From assembly GCA_019192445.1 (NCBI GenBank), contig JAHCMK010000006.1, positions 91,246 through 155,245 of the forward strand: 64,000 bases of DNA, written 5' to 3'. Source of the stretch: Oceanococcus sp. HetDA_MAG_MS8 (GTDB lineage Bacteria > Pseudomonadota > Gammaproteobacteria > Nevskiales > Oceanococcaceae). The notes beneath the pieces are model-generated. The model was given only the letters and a program-made list of their open reading frames with translations. It was not told the origin of the DNA and did no database searches. Position 1 is the stretch's first letter. The number at the start of each line of letters is the position of its first letter. Shown piece by piece: positions 37,216 to 47,377 of this stretch. Both the position numbers and the translations under genes were made by a program.

Positions 37216-38142
37216 TTGAACCAGACTCACATGTTGACGACCGCAGTTTTCCACTCCAAAGCCCTCCGGGCTAGCGCTCGCTTGCTTCGCGATATTGCCA
37301 ATCCCGGCCGGCTCGTGGCACATCGACATCGGCGCAATCAACCAATTGTTCTGGCCTGCTACCACAAGTCGGGAACGGAGCTGTTAAGCAAAATTTTCGC
37401 TGCTGTATCTCGGCGTTTTGGTTGGCGGTTTCGTACGCTGCATGGCTACAAAACAGGCCTTGCTCCAGACGCGGAGGTCATGCTGTATGCCCACTCATTA
37501 ATTGCACTGGACCAAGTCACTGAACCTTATGTGGGCGTGCATCTCATTCGCGACCCCCGAGACATTATTGTTTCGGGCTACCTTTATCATCGGCAAACCC
37601 AAGAAGGATGGTGCACAAATGTTCCGCCATCTCCACCTTTTCCAGACGACATCGATTTTCCCTTAGTGCCCTACTCTCAGCGCCATCGCGATGAAGCGTG
37701 GAAGAAGTCATACCTTCGCACACTCGCCGGCCTTTCGTACCAGCAGACATTGTGTCAACTCAGCCGTGACGATGGCCTCATCTTTGAGATGGATCACTAT
37801 GCAAGGTGGACTATCGAAAGCATGAGAGACTGGAACTACACCAACGAAAAGGTGTTAGAGGTACGCTTTGAAGACTTGAGAGACAATTTCGATCAGGGCT
37901 TCAATAGGATTTTTTCTCATGCAGGACTGAGGGACGACGAACAAACGGTTGCGATGCGCATTGCTCGTAAACATGACCTTAATCGAAAGAGCACCCGTGA
38001 GCTGCGTCGCATGACACATGTGACTGGTAATGAGCCTCAGAAGTGGCGGCGGTATTTCACCCCCGAGTTGAAAACAGCCTTCCTGAGCCGATTTGGCGAC
38101 ATACTTATTGACCTTGGTTACGAAGAAGACAACAGGTGGTAA
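37216..38142 (+). CDS. sulfotransferase (cytosolic-type PF00685-like)
   Basis: 308 aa. 5'-PSB VLACYHKSGTELLSKIF (cf. PKSGTTW) and 3'-PB VHLIRDPRDIIVSGYLYH (cf. RDPRD..VS). Confidence 0.8.
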   Translation: MNQTHMLTTAVFHSKALRASARLLRDIANPGRLVAHRHRRNQPIVLACYHKSGTELLSKIFAAVSRRFGWRFRTLHGYKTGLAPDAEVMLYAHSLIALDQVTEPYVGVHLIRDPRDIIVSGYLYHRQTQEGWCTNVPPSPPFPDDIDFPLVPYSQRHRDEAWKKSYLRTLAGLSYQQTLCQLSRDDGLIFEMDHYARWTIESMRDWNYTNEKVLEVRFEDLRDNFDQGFNRIFSHAGLRDDEQTVAMRIARKHDLNRKSTRELRRMTHVTGNEPQKWRRYFTPELKTAFLSRFGDILIDLGYEEDNRW

Positions 38143-38161
38143 GCCGAGGACCATCCAACGC

Positions 38162-39058
38162 TCAGTTGTATCCGTATCTCCTAAGTAGCGGTCTGCAGGT
38201 TGTCGCCAGCACCTGATTGGGCAAAGACGGCGTTCGTTGCGGCCACGGATCACTCACCTTAATTTCCGTTGGCCCGGTCTTGAAGGCGTCTGGGTTGCCC
38301 ACTACTCCATGATAATTTTGGATATCCACAGTGCGGCTATCTTCTGCAAGAGGAGACGCATAACTGACACCCAGCCAGTCACATATACCTTCCAGACTAA
38401 CGCCCGGGTTGTGTAGAAAGTCCTCAAACCGCATGAGCCGATAATGTAGCGCGCTGTGACCCAGCACCCGCTCCGCCAACACATTCGAGATGGCCCACTC
38501 CAACGCAATGCCCATCCACCCGCGCTGTTTTAGCCACTGCTTGTCGCTACGCCATGACATAGCGACTCCTCTGACATCACGGACCAAATGTAAAACCCAC
38601 AGCTCGACATTTGGCAACATTGACAGCGCCGTACCATACGACGCCACTCTGGACGTCTCTACGATGATCTTGCCGCCAGTCTGCTCAGCAAGTCGGAGAT
38701 ACAGCTCGTCGAGTCGTCCGAGGTATTCATCGAAATCTGGCCTCGCGCGTGTGCGTCCGGAGTGGAACATCAACTCCGGACGTTGGGAGAATCGAAACTT
38801 CTGGCGCCACTCATGCATGGCCTCCGGCTTCCATCCATCAATCAAACAGCCATTGGGGTAAAAAACCCTCCCCCAGAACTCGCACTCCTGAAAACTATGT
38901 CGACACGCACAATGCCCACTTCGCAGGAAGTTCCTAGCCCAGGTGTCATGGAGCTCCCCAACGGGGAAAAAGTTCTTCATCTGACCTAGCACTCGGCCGA
39001 TCAGGGTTCCACCACTACGGCCGGCTCCAGCAAGGTATAGAACCCGAGCTTTTTCCAT
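38162..39058 (-). CDS. sulfotransferase (Sulfotransfer_3-like)
   Basis: 298 aa. 5'-PSB LYLAGAGRSGGTLIGRVL and 3'-PB LHLVRDVRGVAMSW. Confidence 0.7.
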   Translation of the reverse strand: MEKARVLYLAGAGRSGGTLIGRVLGQMKNFFPVGELHDTWARNFLRSGHCACRHSFQECEFWGRVFYPNGCLIDGWKPEAMHEWRQKFRFSQRPELMFHSGRTRARPDFDEYLGRLDELYLRLAEQTGGKIIVETSRVASYGTALSMLPNVELWVLHLVRDVRGVAMSWRSDKQWLKQRGWMGIALEWAISNVLAERVLGHSALHYRLMRFEDFLHNPGVSLEGICDWLGVSYASPLAEDSRTVDIQNYHGVVGNPDAFKTGPTEIKVSDPWPQRTPSLPNQVLATTCRPLLRRYGYN

Positions 39059-39060
39059 TG

Positions 39061-40350
39061 TTAACTCACTTCACTCCAAAGGCGCCCCTCTTCCGCAGAA
39101 CGCTGCAACACTAGCCTTATCGCCCCAAGTAGCGTCAGGCCAAACAATACACCTACGGTTCTACTGAACAAGCCTGAGTGCGCCCAAAACACGGACCAGT
39201 AGGCGACGTTGGCAGCTATCAAACCCATATAGAAAGTATCTGGTGCAGACATTTTTCGCCATGCAGAAATGACGATCAGATACATAAATGCCATTTGGAG
39301 GGCAAAACTGAAGCACATCACTAAACCACCGGCTTCTAAAAGCTCTAACAAGCGATGATGGGCTTGCCCTATGGTGTGGTATCCGTTGCCCAGTACAGGC
39401 CTTTCCCAAATATCCTCCCACGACTCGGCCTGACGAACTGCCCTTCGATAATCGGAAACTACAGATGAGGCTGCGCCGGAAAGACGGCTGTATGCAGACT
39501 GTGAATCTGGGGCGGGGCCTCCCCGAATGAGCACAGGAGCCAACGCTACGCAAGCGCTTACGAGGATTAGCTTATAGACATGGCTCCAGCGGAAATGACG
39601 GCTCCATAATGAGAAGCACACCACAAAAACTAGGCCGACCACTGGCGCCAAGAGGCTACTGCGCGACCCTGAAAGGTTTGCCGCTGAAAAATTCACGTAT
39701 AGGACCAACAGCCACACCAAGCTACCCATCCAGCTTCTACTTCGAATGAAGAGTACCGATGTTGCCGCCAAAGCCATTGACACATTGAAGCCCAAGCTAG
39801 TCGAGTGCAGTGCCATCCCGGCGAATCTACGGCCTTCATCTTTCGCGTAAGCATCCAGAAGATCTGGCCATAAACCGTTGGCATCCATTACTGCAACAAG
39901 AGCACTCAAGGTGCTTCCAAGGATCCAGGCCGTCACTAACTGCGGTACCACTCGCGGACCACTTGAATACCATTGCACGATCACGAGCGGCACCACGATG
40001 TGGATATAGCTGTACACAATGTACTGAGTGACGTTTTGGCGGTAAGTCGATGAGTTGAGCTCCAATTGCCACAATGCCGTGACCAAACCCAGTATGAGCG
40101 CGACTACCCAAGGCAACGGTAGCCACATCCGACTTGTACTCGCATCTTGCCCGAGAAATTTGACCGCAATCGCTAAACCGATACACAAGTCTGAAATACT
40201 CAGCGCCCCACTGACGCGTAATGACTCGCAAGGAGCGAAAAACACTCCCAGAAAGAGCAACCAAGTTGCTGCCGCGGAAAAGTCAACATACTGCTCCGCG
40301 GACAGTTGTTGCGTTATGCCGGAATAACTCGTGGAGCCTGGATTAACCAC
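39061..40350 (-). CDS. Wzy_C (O-antigen polymerase/ligase) family membrane protein, second copy
   Basis: 429 aa, about 10 TM segments. NLSGSRSSLLAPVV and a periplasmic loop ending ERPVLGNGYHTIGQAHHRLLELLEAGG. Confidence 0.7.
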   Translation of the reverse strand: MVNPGSTSYSGITQQLSAEQYVDFSAAATWLLFLGVFFAPCESLRVSGALSISDLCIGLAIAVKFLGQDASTSRMWLPLPWVVALILGLVTALWQLELNSSTYRQNVTQYIVYSYIHIVVPLVIVQWYSSGPRVVPQLVTAWILGSTLSALVAVMDANGLWPDLLDAYAKDEGRRFAGMALHSTSLGFNVSMALAATSVLFIRSRSWMGSLVWLLVLYVNFSAANLSGSRSSLLAPVVGLVFVVCFSLWSRHFRWSHVYKLILVSACVALAPVLIRGGPAPDSQSAYSRLSGAASSVVSDYRRAVRQAESWEDIWERPVLGNGYHTIGQAHHRLLELLEAGGLVMCFSFALQMAFMYLIVISAWRKMSAPDTFYMGLIAANVAYWSVFWAHSGLFSRTVGVLFGLTLLGAIRLVLQRSAEEGRLWSEVS

Positions 40351-41110
40351 GAGAAACTAGATGATGTGAACTCAGCTGACGCCACAAGCGCCCATGCTCA
40401 GGCAGGAAGACCCCATCGAATTGGAGCGTGGCCCCATCAGAGCGCCGCCGGTGCAGCGAAACAATATCGACTAAGCGGAAGCCCTTGGCAGCCATGAAAT
40501 CCATAGCCTGGTGCACAAGCGGGGCAGCATTGTTGTACGGCAGCAGGCCAACCTCCATGACAATACATTCCGCATGACTCAGGACATGCTCTGCCCCTGT
40601 CAAGATTTCAAGCTCGCTCCCTTGAGTGTCAAGTTTGAGCAAACATTTTCCAAGGGCAACGCTGCCAAGTTCCTTGTCAAGTGTGCTGGTGGTCATTAAC
40701 TGGCAGCGTCTCGAAAATGACGTCAGCTCCTCCTTGTATGACGACCCAGAGGCCATTTTATAGAAGGTCACTTCGCGGCCTTCCGTATCCGCTAACAAAT
40801 CGGAACGAAGCGTGAAGCGCTTCCCTCGAAGGTTCTCACGAATCAGCCCATGTTTATCTGCTTGAGGCTCAAATAGGAAGAGCTCTGCCTGAGGAAAGAT
40901 GCTTGACACTGACCGAGACCACTGCCCCTCAAACGCACCAACATCAACAATGGTGTCCGGAGCCAGGCCATGGCGAGCTAAGAGCTTCAGCCCATTACGC
41001 AAATCGGGGACGCCAGCGTGGAAGAAATCCACTTTTGCGGCTGCCCTACGCAGCCCTCGTGCCAGCAGTGAATTGATTCTCGAGGCCGACATCCCAATTC
41101 CCACCATCAA
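40343..41110 (-). CDS. FkbM-family methyltransferase
   Basis: 255 aa. IVDVGAFEGQWS motif I. LKLDTQGSELEIL, typical of the FkbM family. Confidence 0.75.
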   Translation of the reverse strand: MMVGIGMSASRINSLLARGLRRAAAKVDFFHAGVPDLRNGLKLLARHGLAPDTIVDVGAFEGQWSRSVSSIFPQAELFLFEPQADKHGLIRENLRGKRFTLRSDLLADTEGREVTFYKMASGSSYKEELTSFSRRCQLMTTSTLDKELGSVALGKCLLKLDTQGSELEILTGAEHVLSHAECIVMEVGLLPYNNAAPLVHQAMDFMAAKGFRLVDIVSLHRRRSDGATLQFDGVFLPEHGRLWRQLSSHHLVSRG

Positions 41111-42096
41111 ACCATCCCCTCCAAAGTCGTCAAGAACTCTCGAGCAACGGCGTGCTTACGATACTTCGCCACGCCGTCTAGCCCGGCAATGTTTGGACCT
41201 TGCTCGCCGTAGCGGTTACAAGCCGCCTCCAAAGCTTCAGCGAGTTGCCGGGAGTCATCTGCCGAGAAATGCAAGGCAGTGTCCCCACCGGCCTCCCGTA
41301 ACCCGCCTCTGCCACTGGTTACGACGTAGCATGCACAGGCCAAACCCTCAATAACCGTGATTCCGAAAGCCTCTTCGCCTCGAGAGGGTGCCACCAATGA
41401 CTTACTAGAGCGCAGTACTTGTGCTAAGGCGTCACCTGTCAACTCCCCTAGAAAGCTCAGATTCTCTGTCACCCCTAAGTCGCTATTTAGCTGCTGGAGT
41501 CTTTCGAGCTGAGGGCCATCACCAATAATCGCCACGCGAACATCCGGCCGGCTTTGCCGCCAGATTGCGACAGCCTTGAGCAGTATGTCGACGCCCTTGA
41601 AGGGAACTAGTCTGCCCAAGAAAACCGCATCATAAGAACGCGCTTCGACTTTTGGTGGATAGAAGATTTCATCATCGAAAGGATTTGGGAGCACTGTTGC
41701 GCCACTCGGTACCCGCTGCGCTACAAACTGGCTAGGTGCCGAATTTTCGACCAAGCTACACAGCCACCGTTTCGAGATAGAACGCACAGATTTGCGCTCC
41801 GCACCCATCACAGGATGATTGATCATGATTGGCTTTCCCATCAACAGAGGCAGCCAGAGAAACCGCCACGTGGTGCTGAATGACAAAACCACATCAGCCT
41901 CCCAGATCACTCGTACGAGCCTCGGAAGCGAGGGATTTCGCAGTACCTCTGGGCCATTTGGTTGTGGCCCAGGATATGGCGTGACAATGGTGACACCGTG
42001 TTTCTCGACCCGGAATTGGGTCGCCAACAAATTAACAACAGTCTCTACACCACCCAAATGTGGTGAGTACCAAGGTGTGTACATCACAATGTTCAT
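41107..42096 (-). CDS. GT4 glycosyltransferase
   Basis: Start set at MNIVMYTPWYSPHLGGVETV (42096). The longer track ORF would overlap the upstream GT2 by 94 nt. The C-terminus carries PSRGEEAFGITVIEGLACACYVVTS (E-x7-E). Confidence 0.85.
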   Translation of the reverse strand: MNIVMYTPWYSPHLGGVETVVNLLATQFRVEKHGVTIVTPYPGPQPNGPEVLRNPSLPRLVRVIWEADVVLSFSTTWRFLWLPLLMGKPIMINHPVMGAERKSVRSISKRWLCSLVENSAPSQFVAQRVPSGATVLPNPFDDEIFYPPKVEARSYDAVFLGRLVPFKGVDILLKAVAIWRQSRPDVRVAIIGDGPQLERLQQLNSDLGVTENLSFLGELTGDALAQVLRSSKSLVAPSRGEEAFGITVIEGLACACYVVTSGRGGLREAGGDTALHFSADDSRQLAEALEAACNRYGEQGPNIAGLDGVAKYRKHAVAREFLTTLEGMV

Positions 42097-42116
42097 TGAG
42101 CTCAACACTGAAGCGC

Positions 42117-43046
42117 TTACCAATGGATCATCGGGAGTCTTGAAGCGCGCCGGTTTAACAGCCCGCTCACGAAAGCTGAGCCCCCCAATGTCATCGCAAG
42201 TAACAACCATAGCTTTGGCAGCCGCGGGTTCCTTACAAGCGCCTGCCGCAGTCGATACCGAGCCGCAGAGGCATTCCCTGCAAAAAGATGCACCTTGGCT
42301 AAGTCAAACAAAATTGACGTGGCATAGTCCGGTCGACCCAAAAGTAAGCTTTTGTGCTTGTCGAGCAGGTACGAGGTCGACACCTCTTTCTCCGCCCAAT
42401 TGGTTGAGACACCATCATGACTCTCATGGGAGAAAGCCAGAACATCATCACAAAACCTTAATCGTCCAGCACTCAACAAACGCAGTACCAACTCGTAATC
42501 GCTACGAGTCCGGAGTTTTGTGTCAAAAGCACCGACCTCTGTCACCACGGAGCTACTGAGTAGCAAGCTTTGCAGATAAGCTGTCAGACCCTCAATCGTC
42601 CTCGGGGCTTCCACCCAAACGCCTTGCGAATCGCGCGGCCATCTGATGAGCTCGGCTCCAGCTTTGCCATAACGCAGCAAAGTGCTCACTACTCCGACTA
42701 GCTCAGGGTCTTCTTCTTGCTCGCGTATCACTCGCAGCTGGGTTTCAAGCTTGTGCGGTAGCCATTCGTCGTCGCTGTCTTGGAACGCTAGCCATCGACC
42801 GGTGGCCCTGGCAATACCGGCGTTACGAGCAGCAGCACACCCACTGTTTCTTTCCAATGCGATGTAGCGAACACGCGGATCAGCCCATCTTGCAACCACA
42901 CTGGCCGTACCGTCTGTGGAGCCATCGTCAACAATGATTAGCTCTATCGACGCGTGCGTTTGCTGCAAAACCGAATGTATAGCCCGGTCGATAGTATGAG
43001 CGCGGTTAAAGGTTGGCATTATCACGCTCACGAGCGGCGTAGTCAT
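42117..43046 (-). CDS. GT2 glycosyltransferase (array member 1)
   Basis: VSVIMPTFNRAHTIDRAIHSVLQQT, IVDDGSTDGT and FQDSDDEW. Start at MTTPLVSV gives an ATGA overlap with the upstream stop; + strand TCAT at 43043-43046 was checked. Confidence 0.85.
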   Translation of the reverse strand: MTTPLVSVIMPTFNRAHTIDRAIHSVLQQTHASIELIIVDDGSTDGTASVVARWADPRVRYIALERNSGCAAARNAGIARATGRWLAFQDSDDEWLPHKLETQLRVIREQEEDPELVGVVSTLLRYGKAGAELIRWPRDSQGVWVEAPRTIEGLTAYLQSLLLSSSVVTEVGAFDTKLRTRSDYELVLRLLSAGRLRFCDDVLAFSHESHDGVSTNWAEKEVSTSYLLDKHKSLLLGRPDYATSILFDLAKVHLFAGNASAARYRLRQALVRNPRLPKLWLLLAMTLGGSAFVSGLLNRRASRLPMIHW

Positions 43047-43993
43047 CGCGTATTCACCCGCTCTCTCCAACGCCGCAGAAACATCGTTGTTGACTTCGTG
43101 AAACTCTGTCCAATGTAACTGAGGAGCAGCGCAACCCAGGCTTTGATCTGAATTGGTCGCACCCTCAAAGATTTCTTGATCATGTCCCGCCCAGCTCCAG
43201 GACGGTCGTCGTACAAGCTCTCGGCGCGACCTATGACGTAGTAGTGCCTCGCCATCACATCCGGTCTACCTGTCCACATTGCCCCGTGCTTCACAAGAAT
43301 CAACCGCATATCGTCAGCCCGCGCCCGTTCCGCTTTCGTCAATCCTCCTCCGTCAACGCGATCTTGAATCCAGAGTGGCGCATTGACATGCACAAAGTCT
43401 GTGTGATTACGAATGCGCAGACTGAGCTCCCAGTCATCCCACGAATGAATACGCTCGTCAAAGCCACCGACCTCTCGAATTAACGCAGTTTCCACTAACC
43501 AGTTTGGCGTAGTGATGAGACTCCACTCAGGACCGCCATGGCCAATCCCACGGGTGTAATCCACCTGCTTTTCGTAAAAGGACCCACCAACATACACTGC
43601 GCCCTTTGCCGTCAGACGCACATAAGCTGCTAGGCACCACCGTGTGCCGGGGCTCTTTTCAAGTGCCTGCAGCTGACGCTGGATCTTTTCAGCCAGCCAA
43701 TAATCGTCATCGTCCTGGAAACAGAGATATTGTCCACTAGCAATCGCAATGCCTTTGTTTCGCGCTGCTGCAGCACCGTGATTCTGAGTGTTTCGCAGAA
43801 CGGTGAGGCGCGAGTCGTCGATCTTCCCCAGCACCTCCGGCGTCGCGTCGGTGGAGGCATCATCGATGACGATTAGCTCAATATCACGGTGTGTTTGGCC
43901 GAGCACACTCATAACAGACCGGCGCAGCAAATGCGCTCGATTATGAGTCGGGATAATGACTGTGACCTTTGCCTGCTCCGGAGGAGTCATCAT
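43043..43993 (-). CDS. GT2 glycosyltransferase (array member 2)
   Basis: VTVIIPTHNRAHLLRRSVMSVLGQT, VIDDASTDAT and FQDDDDYW. A close paralogue of member 3. Confidence 0.85.
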   Translation of the reverse strand: MMTPPEQAKVTVIIPTHNRAHLLRRSVMSVLGQTHRDIELIVIDDASTDATPEVLGKIDDSRLTVLRNTQNHGAAAARNKGIAIASGQYLCFQDDDDYWLAEKIQRQLQALEKSPGTRWCLAAYVRLTAKGAVYVGGSFYEKQVDYTRGIGHGGPEWSLITTPNWLVETALIREVGGFDERIHSWDDWELSLRIRNHTDFVHVNAPLWIQDRVDGGGLTKAERARADDMRLILVKHGAMWTGRPDVMARHYYVIGRAESLYDDRPGAGRDMIKKSLRVRPIQIKAWVALLLSYIGQSFTKSTTMFLRRWRERVNTR

Positions 43994-44958
43994 GAGCTGC
44001 GCACCGACGCAGGTCCTGATCGATGTTTGAGTTGGCGCAATTTTTTCATCCAGCGCCTATTCAGATCAGCGCCTACATAAGTGAGCGCTAGAGCAAGCCA
44101 GTAGCGCCAATACAGAGGACGTATGGAGAGTGCTTTGCGTAGCTCTTCTCGCCCCGCAGGCGGCGGCTCATGAACACTCAGAAATCGACCGATTAGGTAC
44201 CAGTGATGGCTCAACACCTCGGGACGATTCGCCCATATCTCTGCATGCTTACGCATGATTACGCGGATATCAAACGCCCGGGCGAGCTCCTGGCGCCGCA
44301 CTCCTCCACCAGCAACTAGATCCTGAACAAAGAGTGGCTCATCGACGAAGACAGGCGGCGCCAGTTGGCTGAGCCTCAAACCCAACTCCCAATCATCGAA
44401 TGAGCGGATGTGGGGATCAAAGCCACCAACAGAACTCAATGCCTCGCGGCGAACGACCCAGCCTGGGGTAGCAACCATGCTCCAGTCGTTGCGGCCATCC
44501 ACGTGACCACGGGAAACCCCCTCGGAATAGTCAATTTGAGCTCGATACTTAGGGCCTCCAACATAACGTGCGCCGCTTGGCGCCAACAGTAAAAACCCCG
44601 CTAAACACCATACGGCGTCAGGGCATGAGCGAAGCACCGCAACCTGACGTTCCAGCTTATGGCAAAACCAGAAGTCATCGTCGTCGTTGAAAGCGACGAA
44701 CTCCCCTCTCGCCTCGTCTATACCCGTATTCCTCGCGACCGCTGCGCTGCAGTTTTCCTCCCGCCGAATGACCTTCAAACGCGAATCAGAAAATTCCCTG
44801 AGTACCTGTTGAGTGTGGTCTGTAGAAGCATCATCGACGACGATCAGTTCTAAGTCAGTGAACGATTGCCCCAAGACACTCTGAACCGATCTACGCAAAA
44901 GCTCTGCGCGATTGCGCGTTGGTATGACTACGCTAACCACTGGCACTGACATGCTCAA
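43990..44958 (-). CDS. GT2 glycosyltransferase (array member 3)
   Basis: VSVVIPTRNRAELLRRSVQSVLGQS, VVDDASTDHT and FNDDDDFW. Confidence 0.85.
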   Translation of the reverse strand: MSMSVPVVSVVIPTRNRAELLRRSVQSVLGQSFTDLELIVVDDASTDHTQQVLREFSDSRLKVIRREENCSAAVARNTGIDEARGEFVAFNDDDDFWFCHKLERQVAVLRSCPDAVWCLAGFLLLAPSGARYVGGPKYRAQIDYSEGVSRGHVDGRNDWSMVATPGWVVRREALSSVGGFDPHIRSFDDWELGLRLSQLAPPVFVDEPLFVQDLVAGGGVRRQELARAFDIRVIMRKHAEIWANRPEVLSHHWYLIGRFLSVHEPPPAGREELRKALSIRPLYWRYWLALALTYVGADLNRRWMKKLRQLKHRSGPASVRSS

Positions 44959-45887
44959 TGAACCTCAAGAGTGGAAGATCTACCAATGGGCGGCTTCAAC
45001 ACCACACCATGTAGCCGGGCGCGTGAGCGGTGGAGAGCAGCCCATAGTAGAGACACGCGAGACCGCCATTGCTCTCCGCCACCACCCCTCAACTGAAGGG
45101 CTTGGTGAACTGCCTGTTTATACTGTCCTTGCAGGCCATAGAGACGCGCCAACTCTAACTCCCAGTACACGCGCCAACGAGGGTACTCGGTGAGCAATCG
45201 TATATGGGTCAGCAACACTCCCTGCAAACCTTCGACACGCTTATCTAACTCCGCAAATAAGCTATCGCTGCTGCCGTAACGCATTAGCACGATATCTCTA
45301 GTCACCCCCATCCTGTAGACGCTCTTTAGCCGGAAAAGCAGCTCCCAGTCCTCCAAGCATGGCAGAGATTCGTCGAACCCACCAAGGTTCTCCAGCACGT
45401 TCCGCCGAACTAGCCAACTCGGCGTCATTAGTCCCGCCCCGCGCACTACTGCATCGTGACGGATTTCGGTATAGCCCTGCGGCGCCGTCCACCTCTCAGT
45501 CACGACTCCACCATCGGACCACGTCACAATAGAGCCACCTACCCAGCTAAAGCCTCCCGCCTGCGCAACGAATAATTGTTTATCAAGCTTATCCAACACC
45601 CATTCGTCGTCGCTATCTTGAAAAGCTATCCACTCCCCTCGGGCTTGCTTTACGCCAAAGTTACGAGCTGCAGCGGCGCCTTGCGAAGACTCTAAGCGCA
45701 AGTAACGTACCCTCCGATCCCTGAGACTGCTAACCCACTCCTGTGTGGCATCTGTGGAGTGGTCGTCCACAATGATGAGTTCCCAATTGCGGTAGCACTG
45801 ACCGCAGACGCTAGCAACGGAACGAGGAAGAGTAGAAAGACGGTTTTTTGTTGGCAGGACGATACTGACGAGTGGCGGCGCAGTCAC
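44955..45887 (-). CDS. GT2 glycosyltransferase (array member 4)
   Basis: VSIVLPTKNRLSTLPRSVASVCGQ, IVDDHSTDAT and FQDSDDEW. Confidence 0.85.
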   Translation of the reverse strand: MTAPPLVSIVLPTKNRLSTLPRSVASVCGQCYRNWELIIVDDHSTDATQEWVSSLRDRRVRYLRLESSQGAAAARNFGVKQARGEWIAFQDSDDEWVLDKLDKQLFVAQAGGFSWVGGSIVTWSDGGVVTERWTAPQGYTEIRHDAVVRGAGLMTPSWLVRRNVLENLGGFDESLPCLEDWELLFRLKSVYRMGVTRDIVLMRYGSSDSLFAELDKRVEGLQGVLLTHIRLLTEYPRWRVYWELELARLYGLQGQYKQAVHQALQLRGGGGEQWRSRVSLLWAALHRSRARLHGVVLKPPIGRSSTLEVH

Positions 45888-46828
45888 TTAGCCCTGACTC
45901 CTAACCGGCGAAGTAAGGTCCTCATGCCAGGCACTAAAGTCGCTTTATCACGTATTGCCCAGAAGCTTGGTGGATAGATAAAGAGTGCCTGCCACAGGCG
46001 CCACCTGAGTTGCCATGTAGAGTGATTTGGATTGTACTCTTGCAGAAGAATTCGCCAGCCAGCCGCCGCTGCGCACCTCAATTGCCAGGGGCCTCTGCGA
46101 ACGACATTGGCCTCTTGCAGCATCCGTGTGTAGCTGGAATGGATTCGGCCGCTTTGATTATTTCGCTGATCTGGATGTTTTCTCCACCCAGACCACAGCC
46201 CAGGAATCTGCAATGCGGTTGTGTGTTCTAGCATCCGAAGCCACATATCAACGTCCGCCACGAAATAATCTGGTCTCCAACCACCTACCTGCCGTGCCAG
46301 CTCCAGCCGAAAGAAAGCACTGTTCTGCATGATGAAGGTGCGGCCGCACAGAAGACGCGCCAAACTGTATGACTCCCAAGCTGTGGGAGGATATCTGGAA
46401 CCGTCCTGACGAAGTGGGTAGCAGTTTGAATAAACAATTCCCACCTGAGGATTCATCAAGAGCGCCTGCACAGCTGCGCTCACAGCCCCGGGGAAATAAA
46501 CATCATCTGAGCTTTGAATCGCCGCAAACTCCCCCCTAGCTCGCCGCAAACCCTCGTTAACGGCCTCGGCCACTCCGGAGTCTGGTCGTGACCACCACCT
46601 CAGACGACTATCACGTTGCTGATACTCGCGGAGTACTTCAACGGTTCCGTCCGTTGAAGCTCCATCGATGACCAGCACCTCTAAACTACCGTAATCCTGT
46701 GAGGAGATCGACTCAAGTGTCGCAAGGATGTATTGAGCTTGGTTGAAGCTCGGCACGATGATACTGACTAGCGGCGTCACGAAGCCTTCCATCTGATGAT
46801 CGGGTCCAGCCGTTGCTACAACTGACAT
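45884..46828 (-). CDS. GT2 glycosyltransferase (array member 5, different subfamily)
   Basis: VSIIVPSFNQAQYILATLESISSQD, VIDGASTDGT and IQSSDDVY. Confidence 0.85.
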   Translation of the reverse strand: MSVVATAGPDHQMEGFVTPLVSIIVPSFNQAQYILATLESISSQDYGSLEVLVIDGASTDGTVEVLREYQQRDSRLRWWSRPDSGVAEAVNEGLRRARGEFAAIQSSDDVYFPGAVSAAVQALLMNPQVGIVYSNCYPLRQDGSRYPPTAWESYSLARLLCGRTFIMQNSAFFRLELARQVGGWRPDYFVADVDMWLRMLEHTTALQIPGLWSGWRKHPDQRNNQSGRIHSSYTRMLQEANVVRRGPWQLRCAAAAGWRILLQEYNPNHSTWQLRWRLWQALFIYPPSFWAIRDKATLVPGMRTLLRRLGVRAK

Positions 46829-47377
46829 CCCACAGTAGTCGAAACTACCACAGCATAAACGGAATGCATTACCGGTTTAAGGATTGACTTCGAGCTCCCT
46901 AAACCATTGCCCAGAGAAGCCGTCCACGCGTGGCCACCTGACACTGCAGTATTTCAAAGGATCAAGTGAACTACTGATCAGAGGCGAACCGATGCTGCAA
47001 GTTAAAGGCCAACTCACAAAACTCAGCTCCAGAGCCAACCGATCCCTCCGCAGCCTGCACCGGTTCAACCGTGATAAAGCCTCGGTCATCCCAATCATGA
47101 ACCGAGGAGCGCATCGTTGAGGAATTAGCAGCCGGTACCACAGCTTGTCCGATTCGAAGCGGCCGCACACCAGAAGAGCATTCAAAAACAACCTTGACGC
47201 ACGAATCGAGCGCCTAGCGGTCATCAACGATGATGAGCGCCTCATCTTAAGCCATTCTGTAGCTGAAAGCGCTCACTACGGATACACTCCTGACGTGGCA
47301 CTAGCAAGGTCTCGTCAAAGGACGTCTCCAGCGCTCCTCCACTTCTTCGTATTGAGGACACACCTCTAATCTCCATC

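Noticed and set aside
42097-42210. Apparent 94-nt overlap between GT4 (41107-42210) and GT2 (42117-43070). Similar long overlaps occur at 36022-36095 and 43043-43070.
   Set aside because: These are resolved by internal start codons that coincide with the conserved N-termini of the families (MNIVMYTPWY, MVKRSL, MTTPLVSV). They are not evidence for frameshifting or nested genes.
41819-42559. 246-aa plus-strand ORF
   Set aside because: It is antisense across the GT4/GT2 junction, has no motifs, and both sense genes have clear GT signatures.
46877-47245. 122-aa minus-strand ORF in the gap between the GT2 array and the plus-strand methyltransferase
   Set aside because: It is Arg/Leu/Ser-rich with no motif, overlaps equally long ORFs in other frames, and lies in what looks like a divergent promoter region.
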